Shown here: one piece after another, positions 8,996-18,614 of the stretch
Numbering within the stretch: position 1 is the first letter of the stretch
Layout: every line of letters starts with the position of its first letter
Origin: Tepidisphaera sp.
Lineage (GTDB): Bacteria; Planctomycetota; Phycisphaerae; Phycisphaerales; UBA1924
Reading direction: 5' to 3'
DNA length: 64,000 nt
NCBI GenBank assembly: GCA_050916045.1
Contig: CP051526.1
Span: forward strand, 2,432,001-2,496,000
Position numbers and translations under genes: made by a program
Notes under the pieces: generated by a model
What the model was told of the DNA's origin: nothing
Databases searched by the model: none
What the model saw: the letters and a program-made list of their open reading frames with translations, nothing else

Positions 8996-11866
8996 TCATT
9001 CCCTCGTGATGGTTTCGTCGAGGTTGAGGATGACGTTGCCGACGACGGTCCATGCGGCGAGGTCGGTGGCGGTGAGGTCCGCGGGGCGATTGGGGATCTG
9101 GGCGGCGAGGGCTTCGGCGGCGGCGGGGTCCTTGGCGAAGAGGGCGAGCTGGTCTTCGGCGAGGAGGGCGAGGCGGTCGATTTCGTACTGGTCGGGGGCG
9201 CGTCCGATGGCGAGGCGGAGGCCGCGGGCGGCGCGTGCTTTGGTGGTTGAGCCTTCGCGGAGCATGCGGACGCCGAGTGCGCCGGCGGCTTGGACGAACT
9301 GGGGGTCGTTCATCGTGGTGAGGGCTTGGAGGGGCGTGTTCGTGCGCGGGCGGCGGGTGCAGGAGACCTCGCGGCTGGGCGCGTCGAAGGTGGTGAAGGT
9401 CGGGTAGGGAGCGGTGCGGCGGGCGAAGGTGTAGAGGCCGCGGCGGAAGCGGTCTTCGCCGGTGCTTTCGGTCCACTGGTCGGAGGAGTAGATCATGGTC
9501 CAGATGCCGGGGGGCTGGGGCGGGAAGACGCTTTCGCCGAACATCTTGGGGGAGAGGAGGCCGGAAGCGGAGAGGGCGATGTCGCGGAGCATTTCGGCTT
9601 CGACGCGGAAGCGGCCGCTTCGGGCGAGGAGCTTGTTGTCGGGGTCGAGTTCAAGGAGTTCGGGTGTGAGGCGTGAGGATTGGCGGTAGGTGGCGGAGAG
9701 GACGATCTCGCGGAGCATGGCTTTCTGCGACCACTTGAGGTCGATGAAGCGGCGAGCGAGGTGGTCGAGGAGGGCTTGGTGCGTGGGCATCTCGCCCTGG
9801 GTGCCGAAGTCGTCCTCGGTTTCGACCAGGCCGCGGCCGAAGAGCGTGGACCAGAGGCGGTTGACCTGGACGCGTGCGGTGAGGGGGTTCTTGGGATCGA
9901 CGAGCCACTGGGCGAGGCCGAGACGATCGGGAGAAGGGGCTTGGCCGGCGGAAGCGGAGAGGACCTGAGGCACGGAGGGGGAGACGGGTTCGCCGGGGGA
10001 GAGGAAGCTGCCGCGTTCGAAGACGCGGGTCTCGCGGGGCGATGGGTTGCGGCCCATGACGAAGGTTTTGGCGACGGTGAGGTCGGCGATGCGTTTGTCG
10101 AGGGCTTGGAGAGCGGCGGGGTCGGCGGATTGGTTGGGGAGGCTTCGGAGGCGGGAGGATTCGGCGAGGAGAGCTTGGAACTCGTCCCATTTCTCGCGGG
10201 CGGGGACGGGGACCATGGGGCCTTGGGCTCGCTTCTCTGTGGCGGTGTCGTTGACGACGACGGCGTCGGCTTCGTCCTGGTTGAAGAAGGCGTAGAAGCT
10301 GAAGTAGTCCTTGTGGGAGATGGGGTCGTACTTGTGGTCGTGGCACTGGGCGCAGGCGAGGGTGGTGCCCAGCCAGACGGTCGCGACGGTGTTGGTGCGG
10401 TCGAGGACGGCTTCGACGCGGAATTCTTCGGGGTCGGTGCCGCCCTCTTCATTGACGGGGGTGTTGCGATTGAAGCCGGTGGCGATCTTCTGAGCGAGCG
10501 AGGGGCTGGGGAGCATGTCGCCGGCGAGCTGGTCGATCGTGAACTGATCGAACGGCATGTCGCGGTTGTACGCGTCGATGACCCAGTCGCGGTAGGGCCA
10601 CATGACGCGGCGGGCGTCCTTCTCGTAGCCGTGGGTGTCGGCGTAGCGGGCGAGGTCGAGCCAGATGCGAGCCCAGCGTTCGCCGTAGCGCGGGCTTGCG
10701 AGGAGGCGATCGACGACGCGTTCGTAGGCGTCGACGGAGGTGTCGGCGATGAAAGCGTCGATCTCTTCGGGGGTGGGCGGGAGGCCGATGAGGTCGAGAG
10801 AGAGGCGGCGGAGGAGCGTGGCGCGGTCGGCTTCGGGAGAGGGGAGCAGACGGCGGGACTCGAGGAAAGCGAGGACGTAGCGGTCGATGTCGTTCTTGAC
10901 CCAGGAGGCGCGGGCGACCTTGGGCGGTTTGGTTTGCAGGGGAGCGGCGTAGGCCCAGTGCCAGTGGCTTGCCGAGGAGGCGGCTTTCTCGGGATTTGAG
11001 GCGTTGGCGGGGTCGGCTGGGGCGGCGGGTGCGGGCCAGTGGGCACCCTCGTTGATCCAGCGGCGGAGGGTTTCGATCTGGGCGTCGGAGAGTTTGTCGC
11101 CGCGCGGGGGCATCACGCGGTCTTCGTCTTCGCCGCGGACGAGCTTGATGAGGAGGCTTTGGTCGGCTTGGCCGGGGATGAGGGCCGGTTCCTTGGAATC
11201 GCCACCTTGGAGCATGGCGGCGCGGGAGTCGAGGCGGAGGCCGGAAGCGGGCTGCTCGCCCGTGTGGCAGGAGAAGCACTTGCGAGAGAGGATGGGGAAG
11301 ACCTCGCGGGCGAAGTCGACCTTGCCGTCTGCGGAGGTGGGCGTGGGGGCGGCGGGATCGGCGGGGAAGAGGGCTTTGGTCGCGGCGTTTACGAGGTAGC
11401 CGCGGCCCCAGACGAGCTCGCCGCCGAAGTGTCCCGCGGCGCCGACGGTGAGGGCGCCGCCGACGAGAAAGAGGCGGTACCAGGCGAGGAGCCTGGGACC
11501 GGGGCGGCGCTGGGCGAAGAGGGCGAGGATAACGGCGATGATTCCGAGGGCGGCGGAGGCGATGCCGACCCAGCGGTGGATCTCGACGCGGCTCGAGGGT
11601 TCGACGGTGGTGGCGAGCCGCCAGCCGGAGAGGCCTGCGAGCAGGGCGGCGGCGGTGCCGAGCGCGGCGCAGGCGACGGCGGGGTGCGAGGGGTGGTAGG
11701 GAAGGCGGGCGGCTTGGCTTGGCGTGAGCGGGTTATTGGGGCCGGGCCTGCGGAAGCGGAAGAGTTCGAAGAACGCCGCGGCGATGAGAAGGGCGATGGG
11801 AAAGTGGACCAGCATGGGGTGCATGGTGCCGAGGAGGTCCCACAATCTGCCGCTGAAATCAGCCAT
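8996..11866 (-). CDS. Planctomycete cytochrome c / DUF1549 / DUF1553 (PSD1) protein with an N-terminal DUF2231-like membrane domain
   Basis: [13 protein letters not shown]-domain; heme motifs CFSCH and [57 protein letters not shown]. Start set at ATG 11866. Confidence 0.92.
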   Translation of the reverse strand: MADFSGRLWDLLGTMHPMLVHFPIALLIAAAFFELFRFRRPGPNNPLTPSQAARLPYHPSHPAVACAALGTAAALLAGLSGWRLATTVEPSSRVEIHRWVGIASAALGIIAVILALFAQRRPGPRLLAWYRLFLVGGALTVGAAGHFGGELVWGRGYLVNAATKALFPADPAAPTPTSADGKVDFAREVFPILSRKCFSCHTGEQPASGLRLDSRAAMLQGGDSKEPALIPGQADQSLLIKLVRGEDEDRVMPPRGDKLSDAQIETLRRWINEGAHWPAPAAPADPANASNPEKAASSASHWHWAYAAPLQTKPPKVARASWVKNDIDRYVLAFLESRRLLPSPEADRATLLRRLSLDLIGLPPTPEEIDAFIADTSVDAYERVVDRLLASPRYGERWARIWLDLARYADTHGYEKDARRVMWPYRDWVIDAYNRDMPFDQFTIDQLAGDMLPSPSLAQKIATGFNRNTPVNEEGGTDPEEFRVEAVLDRTNTVATVWLGTTLACAQCHDHKYDPISHKDYFSFYAFFNQDEADAVVVNDTATEKRAQGPMVPVPAREKWDEFQALLAESSRLRSLPNQSADPAALQALDKRIADLTVAKTFVMGRNPSPRETRVFERGSFLSPGEPVSPSVPQVLSASAGQAPSPDRLGLAQWLVDPKNPLTARVQVNRLWSTLFGRGLVETEDDFGTQGEMPTHQALLDHLARRFIDLKWSQKAMLREIVLSATYRQSSRLTPELLELDPDNKLLARSGRFRVEAEMLRDIALSASGLLSPKMFGESVFPPQPPGIWTMIYSSDQWTESTGEDRFRRGLYTFARRTAPYPTFTTFDAPSREVSCTRRPRTNTPLQALTTMNDPQFVQAAGALGVRMLREGSTTKARAARGLRLAIGRAPDQYEIDRLALLAEDQLALFAKDPAAAEALAAQIPNRPADLTATDLAAWTVVGNVILNLDETITRE

Positions 11867-11981
11867 GAGTGATGAGTATATCGGAACGGGGCTCAGAACC
11901 CCAACAGGTCCCGGAAGATGGGTGGGAAATGGTGGGAACCGCTTTGAGCATGGTACGAAACGGACGATGCGGTATGCTGGG

Positions 11982-12023
11982 CGGGTGTGGGTTTGGGTCT
12001 GGGGCTGGGTTTGGGGTTGGGTC
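11982..12023 (+). repeat. Hexamer tandem repeat (YGGGKB)x7, G-quadruplex-type motif
   Basis: cgggtg tgggtt tgggtc tggggc tgggtt tggggt tgggtc, in a divergent intergenic region. Confidence 0.8.
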
Positions 12024-12128
12024 GAAGTGGTTCTGGAGGTCGCCGAGAGACGCCGGGGGGTTGACGGGCGGTTGGGGGGCGGCTCGGTGGCGACGTAGCG
12101 CGGTTCGTCGGAAGCGAAGGGTTCGAGC

Positions 12129-14450
12129 ATGGGTTGTTGGAATCGGAACGACATGGTCCGGGCGGTCGCGGCTTTGTTGGCGTTTGCCGGCGGAGCGACG
12201 GGGCAGCCGCCCGCGATGCATGTTCACGGCGCGGGGTGTGGGAGCGAGGGGTGCGGCCGGGCGGTGATGATGAAGCGTCGGCTGGCGGAGGGCCTGCCGC
12301 CGCGGGAGGGGTTTGGCGAGCGGGAGCTTTTCGCGGCGACGGATGTGCTTCACAACGATCTGGACATCGCGGTGAATTACGACGCGCGGAGCATCGCGGG
12401 GTCGAACACGATGACGGTTCGGAGCGAGGTGCCGGGGCTGAGCGAGTTCACGTTCATGCTGGATACGCGGCTTGCGGTTTCGGGGGTGGTGTTCAACGGG
12501 GCGGAGGTTCTGGCGTTGCCGGTGCGTGTGGGGACGTTCGGTCGTCGGGTGACGTTGCCGCGGGCGCTGTCGGAGGGCGAGGAGTTCACGCTTCGGATCG
12601 AGTACGGGGGCGTGCCGGGGAGCGGCGGGTTCGGCGGAATCAGCTTCGTGACGATGAGCGGCGTGCCGACGGTCTTCACGTTGAGCGAGCCGTACTACTC
12701 GGGGACGTGGTGGCCGGCGAAGGACGGGGATATCGGGCAGTCGGGGGACAACAGCGATAAAGCGACCTTTGCGATCGCGGTGACGGTGCCGGCGAGCATG
12801 ACGGTCGCGAGCAACGGCGTGCTTCAAGGGATCGACGATCTGGGAGACGGGCGGCGGAAGCACCGGTGGCGGACGAACTATCCGATGTCGTCGTATCTGG
12901 CGTGCTTTTCGGCTTCGACGTATAACCGGTTTGGAGCGACGTATGTGTACCCGCTGCCGGGCGGCGGGGAGGGGGCGATGCCGCTCGAGTTCTTCGTGAC
13001 GCCGGGAGCGGACACTCCTTATCTGCGTGCGCGGTGGGTGTCGACGCGGACGATGCTGGCGCGGTTTCGGCCGCTTTTCGGCGAGTATCCGTTCATCGCG
13101 GAGAAGTACGGGATCTACCAGTTCGGATTCGGCGGCGGGATGGAACATCAGACGATGACGGGGCAGTCGTCGGGGACGGACACGTGGGTGACGGCGCATG
13201 AGCTTGCGCACCAATGGTGGGGCGATGATGTGACGTGCCGGACGTGGCATGACATCTGGCTGAACGAGTCGTTCGCGACGTACGCGGAGTGTCTGTTCGC
13301 GGAGCACATCACGGGCGTGGCGGACCGGGCGGCGCTGGAATCTTCGGTGTCGAGGCTTGGAGCGAACGTGTCGTGGGGCTCGGTGTATCTGTACAACCCT
13401 GCGGACGAGGGGCTGATGTTCGACGTGGGGCTGGTGTACAACAAGGGCGCAAAGGTTCTTCACACGCTTCGGACGCTTGTGGATGGGCGGAGCGGGGAAG
13501 GGACGTTCTTCAGGCTGCTGCGGGAATATCGGTCGCGGTATTCGGGGTCGGCGGCGACGACGGATGATTTTGCGGCGGTGGCTTCGGAGGTGGCGGGCCG
13601 GGACCTGACGCCGTTCTTTGACGCGTGGATCTACGGGCAGGCTTCGCCGCAGTATGAGTATGGGTTCGAGACGCTGACGACGGAGGGTCGGTCGTATCTG
13701 AAGCTGATGGTGCGGCAGGTGCAGTCGGCGCCGAGCGCGGCGTTTTTCCCGTGCCGGCCGGCGATTCGGTCGTCCAACGGGCAGACGACGGAGGATGCTT
13801 CGGTTGAGCTCGGGGGGCGCGTGTCGTGGCATCTGATTCCGCGGGGATCGGCGGGCGAGGTGTCGAGCGTGACGTTTGACCCGAGCAACGTGCTTCTCAA
13901 GCGGGGAGTGGCGCGGGTGTCGTATGTCGCGGGGCCGCCGAAGGTGCTCTCCGCCGTGCCTGCTCCGGGAGCGAGGCTGGGCGAGGCGCCGGGAACGATC
14001 CGGATCGGGTTTTCGGATCCGATCTCGGCGAACGCGGGGCAGTTTGAGGTGCGGCGGGGTGAGACGGTGGTGGCGTGCTCGCTGTCGCTGGATGCGGGAA
14101 TCGCGACGCTGACGCCTGCCGGGCGGCTTGTGCCTGGCGTGTACACGGTGACGGTGCGTGACACGGTGACGGCCAACGGGGGTCAGCGGCTTGACGGGGA
14201 GATTGATCGGGGCGTGCTGCCCTCGGGGGACGGGGTGGCGACGGGGCCGGCGGTGTACACGTTCACGGTGGAAGCGTGCCGGACGGATTTCAATCTGGAC
14301 GGGTTCGTGGACTTCTTTGACTACGACGATTTCGTCGCGTGCTTTGAAGCTGGGGAGTGCGGCGCGGGGGCGGCGGACTTCAACGGGGACGGGTTTCTGG
14401 ACTTCTTTGACTACGACGAGTTTGTGGGAGCTTTCGAGACTGGGTGCTGA
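12129..14450 (+). CDS. Secreted M1 family aminopeptidase + Ig-like domain + double Gly-Cys dockerin-like tail
   Basis: GGMEH exopeptidase motif, HELAH...WLNESFA zinc motif, YNKG, two DFNxDGFxDFFDYD modules ending FETGC. Alternative start at 12153. Confidence 0.93.
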   Translation: MGCWNRNDMVRAVAALLAFAGGATGQPPAMHVHGAGCGSEGCGRAVMMKRRLAEGLPPREGFGERELFAATDVLHNDLDIAVNYDARSIAGSNTMTVRSEVPGLSEFTFMLDTRLAVSGVVFNGAEVLALPVRVGTFGRRVTLPRALSEGEEFTLRIEYGGVPGSGGFGGISFVTMSGVPTVFTLSEPYYSGTWWPAKDGDIGQSGDNSDKATFAIAVTVPASMTVASNGVLQGIDDLGDGRRKHRWRTNYPMSSYLACFSASTYNRFGATYVYPLPGGGEGAMPLEFFVTPGADTPYLRARWVSTRTMLARFRPLFGEYPFIAEKYGIYQFGFGGGMEHQTMTGQSSGTDTWVTAHELAHQWWGDDVTCRTWHDIWLNESFATYAECLFAEHITGVADRAALESSVSRLGANVSWGSVYLYNPADEGLMFDVGLVYNKGAKVLHTLRTLVDGRSGEGTFFRLLREYRSRYSGSAATTDDFAAVASEVAGRDLTPFFDAWIYGQASPQYEYGFETLTTEGRSYLKLMVRQVQSAPSAAFFPCRPAIRSSNGQTTEDASVELGGRVSWHLIPRGSAGEVSSVTFDPSNVLLKRGVARVSYVAGPPKVLSAVPAPGARLGEAPGTIRIGFSDPISANAGQFEVRRGETVVACSLSLDAGIATLTPAGRLVPGVYTVTVRDTVTANGGQRLDGEIDRGVLPSGDGVATGPAVYTFTVEACRTDFNLDGFVDFFDYDDFVACFEAGECGAGAADFNGDGFLDFFDYDEFVGAFETGC

Positions 14451-14560
14451 GCGCCCGGGAATCGGATTGAGAAGGTTGTGAAGGAGCGTTCGATCAGGAT
14501 CCGCCCGAATGGGCACGAGATGTTTGGCCCCCGCGACCGCGGGGCGACGAGGAAATCAGG

Positions 14561-16945
14561 ATGCGTTCATATCGACTGACGGCTGGCTTGATGATGACCC
14601 CCGCTCTGCTTCTGTTCGCGGCTGGCGCGGCGCAGGCGCAGCCGCAATCGGGGCATGTTCACACGGAGAGATGCCAGCAGGACTGCGGGGCGGACGTGTG
14701 CGGGAAGGCGCGGACGCTCAAGTCGCTGTACGAGCGCGGGTATCACCCGGACGGGACGGGATTCGGGTTTGGCGGGGGAGAGGGCGATGGCGGGTTCGGT
14801 GACCGGGAGGCCTACCTCGACACGGACCTACTTCACAACAACCTGGACATCGAGATCGTGCCGTCGACGAGCAACATCATCGGTTCCAACACGATGACGA
14901 TCAAGAGCAAGGTGGACGGGCTGACCGAGTTCACGTTCATGCTTCGGAACAATTTCACGGTGTCGCAGGTGCGGTTCAACGACGCGGTGAATCTGGCGTC
15001 GCCGGTTTTCACGGGGACGTACGCGCGGCGGGTGACGCTGCCGCGGGCGATGGCCCGGGATGAGGTGTTCACGCTTCGGATCGCGTATAGCGGGCAGGCG
15101 GTGTCGCGCGGGTTCGGGAGCATCGAGTTCACGACGCTGGGCGGACAGCCGGCGGTGTTCACGCTGAGCGAGCCGTATTACGCGGCGACGTGGTGGCCGG
15201 CGAAGGACGCGGAGGTGCAGACGGCGGGTGATCTGATCGACAAAGCGACGTTCGACATCGCGATCACGGCGCCGACCGCGATGACGGTGGCGAGCAACGG
15301 CCTGCTGCAGGGGATCGACACCCTGACGGGGGGGCGTCGCAAGCACCGCTGGCGGACGGACTATCCGATGGCGACGTATCTCGCGGCGTTTGGAGCGGCG
15401 ACGTACAACACGTTCAGTTCGACGTACGAGTACCCGCTGCCGGGCGGCGGGACGGGGACGATGCCGCTCAACTTCTTCGTGTCGCCGGGGTCGGACTCGA
15501 CGGCGCTGCGGAACGTGTGGCGGTTGAGCACGCAGATGATGGCGGCGTTCCGCGGGGTGTTCGGCGAGTATCCGTTCGTGAACGAGAAGTACGGGATCTA
15601 CGAGTTCACGTTCGGCGGCGGGATGGAGCACCAGACGATGACGGGGCAGTCGGCTTCGACATCAGAGAGCCTGACGGCCCACGAGCTTGGCCACCAGTGG
15701 TGGGGCGACAACGTGACGTGCCGGACGTGGTCGGACATCTGGCTGAACGAGGGGTTCGCGACGTATTCGGAGTGCGTGTGGGCGGAGCGGAAGCCGGGCG
15801 GGTCGCGGGGCGCGCTGTTCTCGGCGATCCAGGCGCGGACGCCGGGGAATCTGGCGACGGGGTCGGTGTATCGGTACGACGTGTCGAGCGCGAGCGCGAT
15901 CTTTTCCGGAACGTTCGCGTACAACAAGGGGGCGTGGGTTCTTCACGGGCTGAGGCGGACGCTTGACGGGGCGCTGGGCGAGGGGACGTTTTTCGAGCTG
16001 CTTCAGGACTATCGAACGATGTTCGAGGGTTCGGCGGCGACGACGGACGATTTCGCGGCGGTGGTGAGCGTGGCGGCGGGGCGCGACATGCAGCCGTACT
16101 TTGACGCCTGGGTGTACGGGGAGGGGACGCCGATCTTCGCTTCGGGGTTCCAGAAGGTGACGGTGAACGGCCGGGATTACCTGAAGCTCAGGGTGCGGCA
16201 GACGCAGGGCGCGCCGGCGCCGGCGTTCTTCCCGTGCGGCCTTGATGTGCGGATCGCGGCGGCGGGCGGGACGCAGGATTCGTTCGTGATTCCCGGGGCG
16301 CAGGCGTCGTGGCACATCATTCCGCTGACGGTGGGCGGGACGCTGAGCGGGGTGACGCTGGACGTTGAGAACTGGATTCTCAACCGCGGGAAGACGACGG
16401 AAACGTACGTTCAGGGCCCGCCGAAGGTGCTCACGGTTTCGCCGGCGCCGGGAGCGGAGGTTGAGAACCCCCCCACCGCGGTCGTGGTCGGATTCTCGGA
16501 TGCGATCACGGCGGGTGCGGCGCAGTTCGCGATTTCGCGGAACGGGTCGCCGGTTGCGTTCACGTACGCTTTCAACAACTCGACGCTGGCGGCGACGCTG
16601 ACGCCGGCGTCGGCGCTGGTGCCCGGCGAGTACACGGTGACGGTGCGTGACACGGTGACGGCCAACGGCGGGCAGCGGCTGGACGGCGAGGTGCGCGGGG
16701 GCGTGCTTCCGTCGGGCGACGGTGCGCCGCTGGGCGAAGCGGTGTTCACGTTCACGGTGGCCGGGCCGGCGTGCGAAGCGGACTTCAACGGGGACGGGTT
16801 CCTGGACTTCTTTGATTACGACGAGTTCGTGAACTGCTTCGAGACGGGGGCGTGCGGAGAGTCGACGTCGGACTTCAACGGCGACGGATTCACGGACTTC
16901 TTCGACTACGACGCGTTCGTCGCGGCGTTCGAAGCGGGGTGCTGA
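14561..16945 (+). CDS. Secreted M1 family aminopeptidase paralog + Ig-like domain + double dockerin-like tail
   Basis: GGMEH, HELGH...WLNEGFA, YNKG; colinear with the upstream gene; ends FEAGC. Confidence 0.93.
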   Translation: MRSYRLTAGLMMTPALLLFAAGAAQAQPQSGHVHTERCQQDCGADVCGKARTLKSLYERGYHPDGTGFGFGGGEGDGGFGDREAYLDTDLLHNNLDIEIVPSTSNIIGSNTMTIKSKVDGLTEFTFMLRNNFTVSQVRFNDAVNLASPVFTGTYARRVTLPRAMARDEVFTLRIAYSGQAVSRGFGSIEFTTLGGQPAVFTLSEPYYAATWWPAKDAEVQTAGDLIDKATFDIAITAPTAMTVASNGLLQGIDTLTGGRRKHRWRTDYPMATYLAAFGAATYNTFSSTYEYPLPGGGTGTMPLNFFVSPGSDSTALRNVWRLSTQMMAAFRGVFGEYPFVNEKYGIYEFTFGGGMEHQTMTGQSASTSESLTAHELGHQWWGDNVTCRTWSDIWLNEGFATYSECVWAERKPGGSRGALFSAIQARTPGNLATGSVYRYDVSSASAIFSGTFAYNKGAWVLHGLRRTLDGALGEGTFFELLQDYRTMFEGSAATTDDFAAVVSVAAGRDMQPYFDAWVYGEGTPIFASGFQKVTVNGRDYLKLRVRQTQGAPAPAFFPCGLDVRIAAAGGTQDSFVIPGAQASWHIIPLTVGGTLSGVTLDVENWILNRGKTTETYVQGPPKVLTVSPAPGAEVENPPTAVVVGFSDAITAGAAQFAISRNGSPVAFTYAFNNSTLAATLTPASALVPGEYTVTVRDTVTANGGQRLDGEVRGGVLPSGDGAPLGEAVFTFTVAGPACEADFNGDGFLDFFDYDEFVNCFETGACGESTSDFNGDGFTDFFDYDAFVAAFEAGC

Positions 16946-16998
16946 TCACCCCGGCCCGCCGGGGCGCGGGCTCGCATCACGTTTCATCTCGACTCACG

Positions 16999-17036
16999 TG
17001 AAGAAACCTTCATTCCATGGGATGAAGGTTTCTTCA
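16999..17036. promoter_or_regulatory. Perfect 15-bp inverted repeat built from two TGAAG-N4-CTTCA palindromic boxes
   Basis: tgaagaaaccttcat-tccatggg-atgaaggtttcttca. Confidence 0.6.
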
Positions 17037-17151
17037 TGCACGGAGGCGTTTTCTGCAGGAAAAAAGCGTGTAAACTCAACCTCTCACGCCGCCGCGCCGA
17101 AGTGATGGCGCCCGAGAGACGGCGCCGGAGGAGAACAGGGAGGGGAGTTGC

Positions 17152-17619
17152 ATGACATCGGCAGTGGGGAGATCGCCGGGCGGACGCATCCGGGTCCTGA
17201 GCGTGAGCGAGGGCGGGGCGTCGGAGGAGGCTTTGGAGCGGCGGATCGCGGGCGAGCCTGAGCTTGAGTGGCTGGGTGTGTGCCGAACGCAAGCGGAGGC
17301 GTACACGAGGATCAAAGAGCAAAGGCCCGACATCATCCTGCTGGCGATCGAGATGGGGGGCGTGCGTGCGGCGGATCTGGCGCACGCGCTCTCGCGGGTG
17401 TCGCCGGGGAGCCGCGTCGTGATGACCATCGCGTGCGTGACACCGGAGGCTGTGGAACAAGCGGTCGACTGCGGGGCGTGGGGGTTGTGGTGCCGGGAGG
17501 ATGAGGTCTCACGGATCGTGGAGGGGATCCGGTCGGCGGCGAGAGGAGAGATCTCGCTTGCGAGGGAGGCGAACGAGGCGCAGCGGCTCGCGGATCATCG
17601 CCTCATGCACGGAGGGTGA
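17152..17619 (+). CDS. NarL-type pseudo-receiver domain protein (no output domain)
   Basis: REC-like pattern IRVLSVSEG...PDIILLAIEM...GAWGLWCRE...IRSAARGE. The acidic pocket is degenerate, the phospho-Asp position is Ala and the conserved Lys position is Arg. Confidence 0.7.
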   Translation: MTSAVGRSPGGRIRVLSVSEGGASEEALERRIAGEPELEWLGVCRTQAEAYTRIKEQRPDIILLAIEMGGVRAADLAHALSRVSPGSRVVMTIACVTPEAVEQAVDCGAWGLWCREDEVSRIVEGIRSAARGEISLAREANEAQRLADHRLMHGG

Positions 17620-17624
17620 GCGGC

Positions 17625-18014
17625 TTAAGCGACTGGTGTCGGGTTGACGGCGGAGTAGACCTCCCGGACGGCCTGCACGATGGTGGCTCCGGATCCGTGT
17701 TTGTGGATGCAGCCGAGGGCGCCGGCGTTGATGGCTTCGCGGACGGCGACGGGGTCGGCGTGACGGTTGATGACGAGGCAGGCGAGGGACTCGCGGGCGG
17801 CGAGGAGATCGGCGAGCTTTTCGATGACGCGTTCGCCGGGGATGGTGAGGTCGAGCAGGAGCACGTCGGCCTGGAGGTCGTGGAGTTTGCTGTGGAGGTC
17901 TCGAGTGGAGACGAAGCATCCGACGCACTCGGTGTCGGGGCAGCGGTCGAGGAGCCGCTTGTAGAGGCGGAGCAGGTCCGGATTGTCGTCGACGCAAGCG
18001 ACCCGAATCTTCAT
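17625..18014 (-). CDS. Single-domain response regulator (NarL-type receiver)
   Basis: IRVACVDDN...DVLLLDLTIP...GALGCIHK. Asp and Lys are retained; the Ser/Thr position is Asn. Confidence 0.85.
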   Translation of the reverse strand: MKIRVACVDDNPDLLRLYKRLLDRCPDTECVGCFVSTRDLHSKLHDLQADVLLLDLTIPGERVIEKLADLLAARESLACLVINRHADPVAVREAINAGALGCIHKHGSGATIVQAVREVYSAVNPTPVA

Positions 18015-18136
18015 CGTGGGAAGCTACAGCTCGCGGGAGAGACGACTGTGAAGCGTGCGTAAGCGCGTCTTCATGCCGCGAGGAGCTGTCGCAGGGGGAA
18101 TGCGTTGTCGGAGGGCGTCCATGCTCGGGATTCACC

Positions 18137-18150
18137 TGAAGAAATCCTCA
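18137..18150. promoter_or_regulatory. Third copy of the palindromic box (TGAAGAAATCCTCA)
   Basis: 12/14 identity to 16999-17012; lies between the receiver gene and the histidine kinase gene. Confidence 0.5.
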
Positions 18151-18614
18151 GTCCGGCCTCACGCGGCGGGTCGGTGCCGCCGTCCTTACGCGTGATTCAC
18201 GGGGGCTTTCGAAGCGTGCTTCAAGGTCTGGACGTGGGGGCGAGCGTGCGACGGTTCGGTTCAGGGAAAGGGCATCACCATGGAAACGCGGCAGCAGGCG
18301 GGGATTGAACGGGAGCTTGGCGGGATAAGTTCGTTCGGTCGGGGGGCGGAGGGTCCGTCGCGAGGGGGCTTGGAGTCTGAGGACCGGCCGAACGATCTGG
18401 ACGGGGCGAACAGCCGCGAGGTGCGGGGGGGCGATGAGCATCTTTGGGCGTGGTGGCGTTTGACGCACCGCATCCGGTTGGGGAGGTTCTCGACGGGGGC
18501 GAACACAGACGAGTCGCTGCGACGGGAGATCTCTTGAGGCGGGCTTTGGATCGGCATGATGCATCGCTTGTGGATCTCATCACGGGGGAAGGCGTTCCGC
18601 AGTATCATGCGGGG

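Noticed and set aside
8996..12154. Extended N-termini from the ORF track (12154, 50895, 58866, 57346, 18444, 36429)
   Set aside because: The extensions overlap other genes or repeats. Family similarity begins at downstream starts, most of which have an SD or -10 signal.
18280..18537. 85-aa ORF upstream of the histidine kinase
   Set aside because: No motif or other support; it may be real but cannot be called from sequence alone.
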